Positions 9,248-20,700 of a stretch of 64,000 bases of DNA are shown in pieces. Position numbers and translations under genes: made by a program. Under the pieces are notes generated by a model. It ran no database searches and was not told the origin of the DNA. It saw only the letters and a list, made by a program, of their open reading frames with translations. Origin of the DNA: Lentimicrobiaceae bacterium (GTDB taxonomy: Bacteria; Bacteroidota; Bacteroidia; Bacteroidales; JAGONC01); NCBI GenBank assembly GCA_017993235.1, contig JAGONC010000002.1, positions 44,683-108,682 of the forward strand, in the 5' to 3' direction. How positions within the stretch are numbered: position 1 is the first letter of the stretch; every line of letters begins with the position of its first letter.

Positions 9248-9982
9248 TTACCCTTTCCGGTGGATCCTGGCAATGTTTTTGAACCGAAGGCTGATCACAC
9301 CGAGAATGGCCTCCCTGAAAATATTCTTGCTCATTTTGGATTGTCCCTGCGTGCGGTCCGTAAAAATGATGGGCACCTCAACCACGCGGAAACCCAGCTT
9401 CCAGGCCGTGTATTTCATTTCGATCTGAAAAGCATATCCGATAAAACTGATCCTGTCCAGGTTAATGGCTTCAAGTACCCGGCGTTTGTAGCACTTGAAT
9501 CCGGCAGTAGTATCCCTGACCTTCATGCGGGTGATCAGCCGCACATAGGCAGATGCGTAATATGACATCAAAACACGTCCCATTGGCCAGTTCACGACAT
9601 TGACGCCGTTGATGTAACGGGAGCCGATCGCCAGGTCGGCCCCTTCGGCAGCACAGGCGTGATAGAGCCTCAGCAGATCATCGGGATTATGGCTGAAATC
9701 CGCATCCATTTCAAATATATAATCATAACCGTTCTCCAGTGCCCATTTAAATCCATGGATATAGGCAGTTCCCAGCCCGAGTTTCCCTTTTCTCTCCTGG
9801 ATAAAGAGCTTGTTTTTAAACTGAGGTATGAGGCTTTTTACCACATCAGCCGTTCCATCCGGAGAATTATCATCAATGATCAGGATGTCGAATGGTTGTT
9901 CCAGTGAAAACACCTTACGGATGATCTGTTCGATGTTCTCGATCTCATTGTAGGTTGGAATGATTACGATGCTATCTGACAC
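9248..9982 (-). CDS. GT2 polyprenol-phosphate mannosyl/glycosyltransferase (Dpm1-like)
   Basis: The motifs IIPTYNEIENI, IIDDNSPDGT, GKLGLGTAY and EMDADFSH, together with the ~244-aa soluble GT2 architecture, fit this family. Confidence 0.85.
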   Translation of the reverse strand: MSDSIVIIPTYNEIENIEQIIRKVFSLEQPFDILIIDDNSPDGTADVVKSLIPQFKNKLFIQERKGKLGLGTAYIHGFKWALENGYDYIFEMDADFSHNPDDLLRLYHACAAEGADLAIGSRYINGVNVVNWPMGRVLMSYYASAYVRLITRMKVRDTTAGFKCYKRRVLEAINLDRISFIGYAFQIEMKYTAWKLGFRVVEVPIIFTDRTQGQSKMSKNIFREAILGVISLRFKNIARIHRKG

Positions 9983-10024
9983 GTTATCTGGTTTAAAAAT
10001 AGATTAAGGTTGTCTTGTCACTCT

Positions 10025-12247
10025 TTATGGTATGAACATCATTTTCCATGTTCTGCAGTAGCCGTCAAGGGATACGATCAATAGATAGCAGCCCTTCGGA
10101 ATGTCGGGAGAATGGAGATCCAATGTGTTGGTACCCGGCTCAAGTACTGTGTTGCCTGAATCCATGAGCTGCCCCCTGATATCTGTCAAACGATAGTTGA
10201 TCCTGACTGACCTGGTTTGATTCCATTCAAGCAGGATTCTTCCGCCCTGGGGATCAGGCCAGACTGAAAGATGAGCGAAATGATCCTCACGGTTGATTCC
10301 GGTTGTGACAGAGAACTTATGGATAGAAGTTTCCATGATATTGCCACTCAGATCTTTAATATTACTCACGGTAAGTTCATAAGATCCATTCTGCAGGTTT
10401 GTAACGTTCAGGTAAACATTGCGTTTCATATTTACCTGCTGATTGGCATCCAGGACGCTGACGCCCTTGTTGACCGCATAATTCGATTCAGATTCTGCTG
10501 ATAGCGGATCGGGTGTTTCAGAAAACATAATCCGAATGGTGGTCGCGTTGATTACCTCCACCAGATCAACTGCCGGAGGAGTGACATCCACCTGGTGCAA
10601 TACATCCCTGTCGGACCTTAATTCGATGAACCAGGAGCTTCCCGAATAACTTACCGGTCCTGTCACCGTATATTGTTCTCCTTCCAGTGGCTGATACTCA
10701 CAGATGGCTGAGTTGTAAACCTTCAGGTAACCTGTACCATCATTGACGGTCCACATCCAGTCGTTGGAGTAATAATCATCCTCCGTACATTCCGCTTTAG
10801 GAACAGTGACCACCATCCCTTCATAGGATTCACTGATGGCATTACAGGTAACCGTGACGGGTTCGGGTGTGGTCATACCCCGTTTGACGGGGTAGTGATA
10901 AATGATATCATGCAGTTCGGTGACCTCTTCTGTTTCGGTGACGGTACCAGTGATGATGATGCTGTCGCCGGGATGCTGGTAACGGCTGGGATCCAAAACA
11001 CGGATCCCCGACCAGGGTTCGGAGCCCTGCTGAAGATAATAGTATTCTCCGAATGTTCCTGTAACGACACCGGTGGTGGTCACCTGCTGGTTCACCAGGG
11101 GTGATTCGTTCTGCAGTCCCTGGATCTCAGAGATGCTGGTGATCACACCTGTGTATTTATTCCGGACCTGAATGACATAGGTCACCGAAGCCGTCTGGTA
11201 AGTGCCATCGGAAGCCTCGATACGGTAAAATATCGACGTATTGTCCATCTGCCCTGTAATTTCTCCCAGGTAATGTCCGGCTATAATTTCCATTGGAAGG
11301 GTATGGTTGAGTTCATATCGCGACAGACCCCAGCACAAGGTAGCGGTGACAGGCTGGGAGCTGCCGGAAATATCCGCGCTGATGATCACTTCCGAGTTTT
11401 CTTCCGGAATCTCCGGGAACGCCTGAATATCGCTGATCTTCAACGGGTTTGCAGTTTCTCCTCCCCAGATCCACTGTGCAAATCCGGGATGATCAATAAA
11501 TGGATTCCTGTTCTTCTGCCAGGCAAAAATGACGTTATTCCTGTTCATCTCGAATGGATCCGGAGGGTCCTGGAGGTTCCATTTCAGCAGTGTCGACAGT
11601 TTGCCATGCTCAGGAGCCGGTGAGGTATTGACCGCATCTACGGCTTCCAGGTCGATTTCCCCATCATCGCCTTCGTAACGGACGGCCATATAGAAAATGA
11701 TCCGTGCAATATCACCCTTTTCGCTGTCACGGGGCTCCCAGGTGAAGTTGGTATAATAACAACCGATTGCTTCCAGGTGAGCGGTTCCGCCTTCATCAAA
11801 ATCCTTGTTGCCCTTGTCATTATTAACCGAAGCGTCGCAGGGTTTCAGGTTGTGCACATCGCTGTACATGGGAAGGATATCGGTGAAGGAGCCATGGGAC
11901 TTGGCCCACACATGCTCGCGGTTAAGCTGATTGTTACCGGTGCCATAATCATCATTGGGATGCGATGTACCTGTATAAACCAGGAGGACGTTGTCAGGAT
12001 CAGCGGGGTCCTGATCAGCGTACTTCATCATGTCTTTGGATGAAAAATAGGAAAATGGCTGATGCTCATCTATCAGGTCATGAAGGAAGGTCTTCAGTTC
12101 CTGTCCGTCTTTCCCTTCCGTCCCATTGTAAAAGCCTGAAGGCTGTGCCAGCAGTAGTGAATGAAACAGCAATGGCAGGGATACAAGGAGAAAAAGAATG
12201 GATTTTGGTGTGGTTGGTTTATTCATCATAAAGCTGCACATTGTCAA
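10025..12247 (-). CDS. Secreted endonuclease I-family nuclease with a T9SS C-terminal domain
   Basis: NREHVWAKSHG..SDVHNLKPCDASVNNDKGNKDF is the Endonuclease_1 motif. A signal peptide, central beta-rich modules and an Ig-like module (SNYAVNKGVSV) are present. The tail LSVWPDPQGGRILLEW..LTDIRGQLM..KGCYLLIV..WKMMF has the T9SS CTD pattern. The start may instead be M8 (12226). Confidence 0.8.
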   Translation of the reverse strand: MTMCSFMMNKPTTPKSILFLLVSLPLLFHSLLLAQPSGFYNGTEGKDGQELKTFLHDLIDEHQPFSYFSSKDMMKYADQDPADPDNVLLVYTGTSHPNDDYGTGNNQLNREHVWAKSHGSFTDILPMYSDVHNLKPCDASVNNDKGNKDFDEGGTAHLEAIGCYYTNFTWEPRDSEKGDIARIIFYMAVRYEGDDGEIDLEAVDAVNTSPAPEHGKLSTLLKWNLQDPPDPFEMNRNNVIFAWQKNRNPFIDHPGFAQWIWGGETANPLKISDIQAFPEIPEENSEVIISADISGSSQPVTATLCWGLSRYELNHTLPMEIIAGHYLGEITGQMDNTSIFYRIEASDGTYQTASVTYVIQVRNKYTGVITSISEIQGLQNESPLVNQQVTTTGVVTGTFGEYYYLQQGSEPWSGIRVLDPSRYQHPGDSIIITGTVTETEEVTELHDIIYHYPVKRGMTTPEPVTVTCNAISESYEGMVVTVPKAECTEDDYYSNDWMWTVNDGTGYLKVYNSAICEYQPLEGEQYTVTGPVSYSGSSWFIELRSDRDVLHQVDVTPPAVDLVEVINATTIRIMFSETPDPLSAESESNYAVNKGVSVLDANQQVNMKRNVYLNVTNLQNGSYELTVSNIKDLSGNIMETSIHKFSVTTGINREDHFAHLSVWPDPQGGRILLEWNQTRSVRINYRLTDIRGQLMDSGNTVLEPGTNTLDLHSPDIPKGCYLLIVSLDGYCRTWKMMFIP

Positions 12248-14015
12248 TACGGTAGGAGGAGGTCAGACCTGTATTACCGTTACCGTTGTACTTAAATCCG
12301 ATATGAGCAGTGCCGGAATAGGCCGACAGGTCGACAACGCCGGAAAAGATCCAGTCATGCTCGGGATCACTCTGTCCGGCCAGTATTGGATTAAGCTCCA
12401 CCCAGGTTGCACCCACGATATTGACTCCATTGAAATCCGTTGAGATCCAGACCGACAGGCCATCGTGGGTCCAGTAAGCCTGGGCACTTTCAAAGGTGAA
12501 TTTGGGACTGGTCATCGCATCCAGGTCGATGGGTGGTGTGATCAGCCAGCACTCATTCTCCTCATTGGAGTTAAAGGATGTTGCCTGTGCATATACATTG
12601 CTGTCAAATTCCTTTGCACGCCAGAGTCTGCTCCCGATCGTGGCCTCATTCAGCCAGCCTGACAGGGAGATATCCACGTCGTTCGACTGTGACTCAAAAT
12701 CTTCATTCATAGAGGTGACACCTCCACCTGCTCCGCTGGAGTTTACTATCACGTCATCGATCCGAAAGCTGGTGGATTCCGTACTGCTTCCCCGGTACCG
12801 GAAACCAATATAGTATATACCCGTATAGGATGACAGGTCAATGTTTCCGGAGGGAATGAATTCATGGTCAGGATCATGCTGATTTGCGATGCGGGCTTCC
12901 AGTTGCGTCCAGGAAGCGGAACCTACATCGGTGCCATTGAAGTCAGAGGAGATCCATACCGTGAGTCCATCGTTTGATGAATGGGCCCAGTAAGCCTTTG
13001 CGCTCGAAAATGTCAGGAATTTTGTTCCCTGGATACGGATGGGAGGTGTGATCAGCCATGCGATCATTTCGGACAATCCGGAATTATACCCGGAAGCCTG
13101 GGCATAGGTATTTCCATCGTATTCCTTGGCCTGCCATTTCCGGTCGCCTACCTCATTAATATTCAGCCATTTCTCAAGAACTATATCCGCGTCAGGTGTC
13201 GTGCTGCTGAAAGTTTCGTTGATTTCATCGACCGGTTCCACATCTCCTCCCCCACCTCCTTCGCATCGTTCACCATCAAGTGCCACTTCGTACAGCGTAC
13301 GTATATATAACTGATAATCAGCACCATACAGACTAATGATGCCTATAATGCTTCCATTTCCCTCCGGTATTTCGGTAGTGGCGAATGTGGCGTAGTTGCT
13401 GGTCCTGACAATCAACGAGTTGCCATCACAATCCTCCAGCATTCGGTTAGCAGAAGCATCCGCATCCGAATAGGTTTTACCCAGTTCCGTTTGCATGAAC
13501 TGCACACTGTCGAGCTCCACCAGGTGCGACTCATACCCCCCGGCCTGGATCTGGCTGATGGTTACCCGTTCCGGTGTGCGGTACCGCTGGTTGGCCAGAA
13601 TGATGATATTAGAATCATTATCTACGTTATCGATCTGATGGAGGCTGTTATAGGTCGAAAGGATGCAGTTTTTAAGGTACACGCGTATGGAATCCCCCAC
13701 GCGGAGTCCGCCAGATTCCAGAAGGTGAAGGTTCATCCCCCCCGTAGCATCCTGTATGAACGCACTCCGATAAATGTTGCCCGTCGTCTCATCCATGGTG
13801 ACCACAGCGTACAATGACTGGTCATCAGTAAAAGTATACGTTCCCTCGTCCTGGTACAGCTGATACAGATCCTCGATCGTTACCTGTTCACCCACAGGGA
13901 TCTGGTTGATGGGAGGTGCATCGAACTCCTGTTTAATGCAACCGGTGTGCATAAGCATTAATCCGGTGACGAGAAAACCGAAAATAACATATAAACGACA
14001 ATTCATCCTTGTCAT
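12219..14015 (-). CDS. Surface lipoprotein with a DUF5689-like N-terminal module and two choice-of-anchor-J-like domains
   Basis: A probable lipobox is present (LMHTGC). The N-terminal ~230 aa match the pattern I recall for DUF5689. Two homologous ~165-aa domains follow (..W-x-N-x-x-x-x-G-x-R-x-W-x-A-K-E-(Y/F)-D-x-N-x-YAQA..WLITPPI..W(I/V)S(S/T)DFNG..(R/Y)RID(D/N)V). Confidence 0.65.
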   Translation of the reverse strand: MTRMNCRLYVIFGFLVTGLMLMHTGCIKQEFDAPPINQIPVGEQVTIEDLYQLYQDEGTYTFTDDQSLYAVVTMDETTGNIYRSAFIQDATGGMNLHLLESGGLRVGDSIRVYLKNCILSTYNSLHQIDNVDNDSNIIILANQRYRTPERVTISQIQAGGYESHLVELDSVQFMQTELGKTYSDADASANRMLEDCDGNSLIVRTSNYATFATTEIPEGNGSIIGIISLYGADYQLYIRTLYEVALDGERCEGGGGGDVEPVDEINETFSSTTPDADIVLEKWLNINEVGDRKWQAKEYDGNTYAQASGYNSGLSEMIAWLITPPIRIQGTKFLTFSSAKAYWAHSSNDGLTVWISSDFNGTDVGSASWTQLEARIANQHDPDHEFIPSGNIDLSSYTGIYYIGFRYRGSSTESTSFRIDDVIVNSSGAGGGVTSMNEDFESQSNDVDISLSGWLNEATIGSRLWRAKEFDSNVYAQATSFNSNEENECWLITPPIDLDAMTSPKFTFESAQAYWTHDGLSVWISTDFNGVNIVGATWVELNPILAGQSDPEHDWIFSGVVDLSAYSGTAHIGFKYNGNGNTGLTSSYRIDNVQLYDE

Positions 14016-14025
14016 AAGTCCTGTA

Positions 14026-16542
14026 TTATAATCTGAATGTCAAATTGATATAAAATGTTCTTCCAAAAAGATAAAAATATCTTGGAGGAAATTTATCGAT
14101 GTTATCCGGGTCGTACCTGAATTGCTCATAACCGCCGGTTGCCAGATCGGTTGTATTCAGAAGGTTATTGAAACTCAGGTTGAGACCTATATAATACTTT
14201 TTGATCTTCCATGATTTCCCTCCATAGAGGTCAATGGTGTAACCATTCTTAAGTTTTTCCTGGTTCAGCAGTTGATCCAGGCGAACATCACCTTCGGTCA
14301 GATTGGCTACTGCTTCCTGGGTCCGGCGGTCAGGATTGACCTCAAGATAGGTATCACCATAATAATTTACATTGCATCCCACCCACCAGTATCGTGAAGA
14401 ACTGTATTTCAATCCGCCTGAGGCAATGGTTTGCGGCATTCCTCCAATGTAATAGTTTTTAAGGTACACGGTCCGGTTCGACAGGACCTCGGAACTATTA
14501 TCCTCCGAAATGGTTGCATTCGGCCGGGATGAATAATAAAACTCACCCATCCCAAAAGCGGCGGTCAACGAAAGCGCTGTGGTCAGGTTGACCTCCGCAC
14601 CGAGTTCGAAGCCGGCATGAATCTCATCAACGTTGGTCATCTGATAGTTGACAAACGTATTGAGGTCTTCATGATAAAAACTTCTCGACCAGGTTTGATC
14701 ATTGAGGACGGTATAATAGAAGGTAAGCCTGCCTTTCGCCCTGTTGGTTCTGAGGAAGTAGCTGGCCTCTCCTGAAAAGATCTGTTCGCTTTTAAGATCC
14801 GGAACCACATGATCCCTGGTTCTTACGGAGACATAGGAATTCCAGAAATAGGGTGCCCGGGTCAGGTAGGCTGCATTGGCAACCAGATAATTTCTTCCGT
14901 TGATCTTATAGGTAAGGCCTGTTTTGATTCCGAAGTTCTCAAATTGCTGTTTTTCAGAATCCCCGTAGGAATCATCCGGAAAATGACCGTTCTGCATGTT
15001 CCCTGTGCGCCAGAAGGACGTATAGGAAGCTGTCCCGGAAATAAAGAAGTCAAATCGGGCATAGGAAAAATTACCCTGTGCAAACAGGGAGTAGGTGTTG
15101 ACATTGGCTGTATAATCATGGGAATACCGGTCGCCTTCCTTTACGATCCTGTTGGGATGGCGCAGGTCGCTCTGCGACTCATCGGTAATGATCATGGGAT
15201 CCTGATCTGCATATTTATCCACATCCAGCCAGAAATCACCGCCCAGCAGATCATTCACGGTGTTAAAGTGGAATCCCTTGTACCAGTTAAGACGGATTCC
15301 TGCATGCAATACCATATGATCGTTGATATTTTCCTGAAGCCGGGAGGTAAATCCAAACTGGCTCTTATCACTGTGACGATCCTCGACGATATATTTCGAT
15401 CGGTTCCCTGTCACCGTATTGCCTGAAATACCATCCGCGTCATTGACCGTATAAAGGAACTTGCTGTTGGCAAAATAGAATGCATCCCAGTTGATCTGCC
15501 GGTAAGCCTCGTCGTTTTCCCAGAGGGATGTAAGGATGTCAGCCTGTTCCTGGTCTCCCTCGTCCAGATAATAGCTGGGAAGGTTCCGGTAGTAATCAGG
15601 CCGTGGATCGCTTGCCTCGGTCCAGTTCAGTGCCGTATTTCCACCTCTGCCGAAAGTCCAGAATAGTGCCGAAGTAAGCCTGGTTTTCGGATTGATCGTC
15701 CAGTAATGATTCAGCAGCAGCATGGGCTGATGGTAATTGGAGACCCGGCTGTTACGTTTTTCCCCGTTCTGGAATCCCCAGTAGGGATTATAATAATTGC
15801 TGCCTGCAAGGTCATTGGCTTCCTGAACGGCCAGCCCATTCTGGCCGCGTTTTGTGGGTGCTCCGAAGCCGGCAAATCCTATACTGTGGGATGGTGAGAA
15901 TTCCTTTTCAATACTGACAAAATAAGACCAGGCATCATAGAACGTACCCTCGACGTATCCTTCCTTCGACCATCTTCGGGAGCCTGAAAGGGTAACCGCC
16001 CAGCCATTCTTCATTTTTCCCGTCGAAGCAATCACCATGATCCTATTCCGGTACGACTGATTGGTCATGGAGTAGGTAGCTTTTGCACCGCGGCTGTACT
16101 GTGATGCGCGAACATCCAGGTACGTCAGCCCGCCAATTCCCTCGAAGCTAAAATCGTTGCCTGATAATCCCAGGTAGTTTTCCTGGCTCCTGAATGCATC
16201 GTTCAAACCACCCCAGGACGACCAGAAGGCACGGCCGGTCTCCATATCATTCATCGGCACGCCATTGATCATCACCTGGGTATTCTCCGTGTCGTACCCG
16301 CGCATCCGGAACCGGGCCGAGCCAAAGGTATACCCTGCTGTAGACGCATAAATGTCCCGGGAGGATTGTAATAATCCGGATATATCCTGTCCCTGGTCAT
16401 AACCGTCGAGTTCTGACTGCGAAAGTGTGACCGTTGGCAATGTAGTAACAATTCTATCATTCACCTGGCTGGTGTCCACCTGACCATAGGTAACAGCAGA
16501 AAGTAAAATATTGATTAACAGTATAATAAACCATTTTTGCAT
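14026..16542 (-). CDS. TonB-dependent outer-membrane receptor
   Basis: A signal peptide is followed by a plug region (..FRMRGYDTENTQVMINGVPMND..). A long beta-barrel with alternating Y/G/N-rich strands ends in ..FYINLTFRL. Confidence 0.85.
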   Translation of the reverse strand: MQKWFIILLINILLSAVTYGQVDTSQVNDRIVTTLPTVTLSQSELDGYDQGQDISGLLQSSRDIYASTAGYTFGSARFRMRGYDTENTQVMINGVPMNDMETGRAFWSSWGGLNDAFRSQENYLGLSGNDFSFEGIGGLTYLDVRASQYSRGAKATYSMTNQSYRNRIMVIASTGKMKNGWAVTLSGSRRWSKEGYVEGTFYDAWSYFVSIEKEFSPSHSIGFAGFGAPTKRGQNGLAVQEANDLAGSNYYNPYWGFQNGEKRNSRVSNYHQPMLLLNHYWTINPKTRLTSALFWTFGRGGNTALNWTEASDPRPDYYRNLPSYYLDEGDQEQADILTSLWENDEAYRQINWDAFYFANSKFLYTVNDADGISGNTVTGNRSKYIVEDRHSDKSQFGFTSRLQENINDHMVLHAGIRLNWYKGFHFNTVNDLLGGDFWLDVDKYADQDPMIITDESQSDLRHPNRIVKEGDRYSHDYTANVNTYSLFAQGNFSYARFDFFISGTASYTSFWRTGNMQNGHFPDDSYGDSEKQQFENFGIKTGLTYKINGRNYLVANAAYLTRAPYFWNSYVSVRTRDHVVPDLKSEQIFSGEASYFLRTNRAKGRLTFYYTVLNDQTWSRSFYHEDLNTFVNYQMTNVDEIHAGFELGAEVNLTTALSLTAAFGMGEFYYSSRPNATISEDNSSEVLSNRTVYLKNYYIGGMPQTIASGGLKYSSSRYWWVGCNVNYYGDTYLEVNPDRRTQEAVANLTEGDVRLDQLLNQEKLKNGYTIDLYGGKSWKIKKYYIGLNLSFNNLLNTTDLATGGYEQFRYDPDNIDKFPPRYFYLFGRTFYINLTFRL

Positions 16543-16658
16543 GATATCCAGCGCCTAAAAGTAGATTTTATATTCCGTACAAAATTAAGATTATTCCTTC
16601 AGGTATTCGAGGGAGTGACCACAAAGTACTAATTTTACAACAGATTCACAAGACTATT

Positions 16659-17723
16659 ATGGAATCAGTCACTAAATCCCTGCTCAGGTTCATTATCCTC
16701 TTCCTGATTTTCATTCCCGGACTGGCCGTTGATTCGTTTTCACAGGAGGATAAGCAATACCGGTTGGGCTGTATTGCATTTTACAATCTTGAGAACCTTT
16801 TTGATACGATCAATGATCCCTCCACCAATGATGAAGAATTCCTTCCTGACGGCAGGAACGCCTGGGATGGAAAACGGTATGCTGATAAACTGAAGCAGTT
16901 ATCTTCGGTCATTGAACGTATCGGGATTGATCTGAATCCGGATGGACCTGCAGTCATCGGTGTTTCTGAGATTGAGAACCGGGCGGTGCTGGAAGACCTT
17001 GCACAGACTGAATCGTTAAAAAACAGGGATTATCAGGTTGTCCATTTTAACTCTCCCGACCGGCGTGGAGTTGATGTGGGACTGCTATACCAGCCAAAGT
17101 ATTTTCAGCTTTTGCATGCCACGAGCCACAGGCTGGTCATTCCAGACCAGCCTGATTACCGTACGCGGGACCAGCTGGTCGTTTCAGGCATCTTTGACGG
17201 TGACACCCTGTATCTGATTGTCTGTCACTGGCCATCCCGCAGCAGTGGCGAAAAAGTGACCCTGCCTTACCGGATTGCGGCAGCCGGCCTGAGCCGGACG
17301 ATCGTTGATTCCATCCTGGGATTCTCCCCTGATGCCAGGATCATCCTGATGGGGGATCTGAACGATAATCCGGTCAACAAAAGTGTCGTCAGGGTACTGG
17401 GAAGTACGCCTGACAAAGAACTGGCAGTCGGCAACTTTCTGTACAATCCGATGACCAGCCTTTACAGGAAAGGTATCGGATCCACTGCCTGGAGAGATAC
17501 CTGGAGCCTGTTTGACCAGATGATCGTATCGCCCTCACTTGTGCACGGAGATCCGAATTCTTACCGGTTCTATACCGTCCGGATCTTTAACGAACGATTT
17601 CTCACCCAATCAGAGGGTGAATATAAAGGATATCCCTACCGGACTTTCGGCAGCGGTGTTTATCTGGGGGGGTATAGTGACCATTTTCCGGTGTATCTTT
17701 TCCTGTATAAAGAAGACCGATGA
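16659..17723 (+). CDS. Exported endonuclease/exonuclease/phosphatase (EEP) family protein
   Basis: A signal peptide is present. FYNLENLFD near the N-terminus, GDLND and the C-terminal YSDHFPV are the EEP catalytic motifs. Confidence 0.8.
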   Translation: MESVTKSLLRFIILFLIFIPGLAVDSFSQEDKQYRLGCIAFYNLENLFDTINDPSTNDEEFLPDGRNAWDGKRYADKLKQLSSVIERIGIDLNPDGPAVIGVSEIENRAVLEDLAQTESLKNRDYQVVHFNSPDRRGVDVGLLYQPKYFQLLHATSHRLVIPDQPDYRTRDQLVVSGIFDGDTLYLIVCHWPSRSSGEKVTLPYRIAAAGLSRTIVDSILGFSPDARIILMGDLNDNPVNKSVVRVLGSTPDKELAVGNFLYNPMTSLYRKGIGSTAWRDTWSLFDQMIVSPSLVHGDPNSYRFYTVRIFNERFLTQSEGEYKGYPYRTFGSGVYLGGYSDHFPVYLFLYKEDR

Positions 17724-17762
17724 TATCTGATATCTGATTAACGATATCTGATATTTGATTTT
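17721..17762. repeat. Heptamer-phased tract of the TGATATC/TGATTTT family
   Basis: The tract reads TGATATC TGATATC TGATTAAC GATATC TGATATT TGATTTT. It starts on the TGA stop of the EEP gene and ends on the stop of convergent mfd. Confidence 0.85.
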
Positions 17763-20700
17763 ATTCACTAGCGATTTTACGCAGGAACTCCAGTGCTTCA
17801 AATACGGATCTGACAGGTTCGATGGTCAGGGTAAGCCGGGATTGTTTTTCTTTTAACCTGCAGGAAAGGGGATTGTTTTTGACAAAATCCAGGACGCTGG
17901 CAAACAGGTCTGATTTGTAATAATCCGATTCCTGGTTACTGACGAATTGCCCGACAAGGCAGTTGTTCTTCAGGATGATCTTCTCGAAGCCTGCTTTTCT
18001 GGCAATCCATCTCAGCCTGACCGCATGGATCAATCCATCCACCTGGGCGGGAATGGGTCCAAAGCGGTCGATCATCCGCTCCAGGTACTTCATCAGCCAT
18101 TCCTCGTTATCCACATTATCCAGTTCCTTATAAAGGATAAGCCGTTCGCTGATGTTGGATACATAATCATCCGGAATTAACAGTCCGAGATCCGTTTCAA
18201 GCTGAACCTCACGGATAAATTCTTCCGCCGCTTCTGCTTTATACAGCTCCCTGAATTCAGTTTCCCTGAGTTCCTGCAGGGCCTCATCCAGGATCTTATG
18301 ATACATTTCAAAGCCAATCTCGGTGATGAAACCGCTTTGCTCCGCACCCAGCAGGTTGCCGGCTCCCCGTATATCCAGGTCGCGAAGCGCAATATTGAAG
18401 CCGCTACCCAGTTCTGCAAATTCCTCAATGGCTTTCAGACGCTTTCGGGCTTCCGGGGTAAGCACAGACAGTGGCGGTGACAGCAGATAACAAAATGCTT
18501 TTTTGTTGGAACGGCCTACACGGCCCCTGAGCTGATGCAGGTCACTCAGCCCGTAATTCTGGGCATCATTGATGATGATGGTGTTGACATTGGGAATATC
18601 CAATCCGTTTTCAATGATCGTTGTGGAAAGCAGGATATCGTAATATCCTTCAATAAAATCCAGCATGGTGCGCTCGAGTTTGTGACCTTCCATCTGTCCG
18701 TGCCCGACGGCTATTTTCACACCAGGAACAAATTTGGAGATCATCTGGGCAACATCCTGGATATTCTGGATGCGGTTGTGCACAAAATAAACCTGACCTC
18801 CCCTGGATAGCTCGTACCGAATGGCATTCCGGATGATATCCTCTCCAAAGGGATGAATTTCAGTCTGTATGGGATACCGGTTGGGCGGAGGTGTGTTGAT
18901 CACGGAGAGGTCTCTGGCGCCCATCAGCGAAAATTGCAGGGTCCGGGGAATCGGTGTGGCCGTAAGTGTCAGTGTATCAACGTTCACTTTGAGCTGTTTG
19001 AGCCTTTCTTTTGCGGAAACACCGAATTTCTGTTCTTCGTCAACGATGAGCAGGCCAAGATCCTTAAATACGACATCCTTGCTGAGCAGGCGATGCGTTC
19101 CGATGAGGATATCCGTTTTGCCGGATTCCAGTTCCGAGAGGCTCTTTTTCAGCTCTTTCGGGCTCTTGAAACGGTTTATATAATCCACCGTGCAGGGAAA
19201 GTCCCTGAGCCGGTCAGAGAAAGTGCGGTAGTGCTGAAAAGCGAGGATCGTGGTGGGTACCAGCAATGCTACCTGTTTACTGTCGGCGACAGCTTTAAAA
19301 GCAGCGCGGATAGCAACTTCTGTCTTTCCAAAGCCGACGTCGCCGCATATCAGCCGGTCCATCGGATGAGTTGCTTCCATATCACCTTTGATATCATTGG
19401 TTGACTTTACCTGATCGGGTGTATCCTCATAAATAAAAGAAGCCTCCAGTTCGTGCTGAAGATAGGAATCAGGCGAGAACGGGTATCCATCGGCTGTTTT
19501 ACGCTCTGCATAGAGTTTGATGAGATCTTTTGCAATATCTTTTACCTTTTGCTTGGTGCGCTCCTTGATCCGGTTCCATGCATTGGAACCCAGCCGGTTA
19601 AGCTTCGGCACACTGCCTTCTTTCCCGATGTACTTGGATATGCGATGCAGGGAGTGAATGCTGACGTACAACAGATCGTCGTTGTCATAAACAATCCGGA
19701 TCGCCTCCTGGATCCTGCCATTGTTCTCGATCTTTTCAAGCCCTTCATAACGGCCTATACCATGATCAATATGGGTCACATAATCACCCGGATTCAGGTT
19801 GTACAGTTCCTTGATCGTCAGGGCTTCCCGCCCGCTGTAGAACTCCTTGAGCTCAAAACGGTGATAACGGTCGAAGATCTGATGGTCGGTGTAGATGGCT
19901 ATCTTCAGGTCATGATCAACGAATCCTCCCTGAAGACCCAGGTTCAGGGTTGTGAATACAATATGCTCGCTTTCGGGAAGATCCCGCTGTATATCTTCAA
20001 AGATGGCATATAATCGCTCAAGCTGCTTGGGGCTGTCGGTTGTGATGATGTTGTAAACCTGTTCACGGCTGTTCATCCTCAGGTTATCGAGCAGCAGGTT
20101 AAAATTCTTATTGAAAGAAGGTTGAGGTGAAAGATGGCATTCGATCCTCAGACTGTTTTCTAGCAGGGAAGAATTGCCCAGTTCAATGACCGGAAACGAT
20201 AAGGCATCCTTCAGAATTTCCTTTCCGGTTGTAAACAGGTCATTCAGTGACAGATCGGGCGTATCCGTTGATTTTAAGAATGCATCTTCCGCCTTATGAA
20301 ATTCCTGGTCAATGCGTTCAAGGGTGAACGGGATCTGGTCGAACCATAATACCGTCTCCGACTGAATGTACGCTAACAAGGATTCCCTCTGCTCTTTCTG
20401 TTTTCGATCCTGAATGTTCGGAAGCAGTGTGATGCGGTTAAGTTTCTCCAGTGAGAGCTGTGTACCCGGATCGAATGTGCGGATGGAGGCGATTTCATCA
20501 CCTGCGAATTCAAGCCGAAAGGGATTATCATTGGAAAATGAAAATACATCCACGATCCCTCCCCGGATGGAGAAGTGCCCCGGCTCCAGAACAAAATCCA
20601 CCCGTTCAAATTCATACTCGGAAAGCAGATCTCCGATAAAATCCAGGCTGAGGGCATCTCCTTTTTTTATTTTAAACAGATTTTTCCTCAGGGTGTTCCG

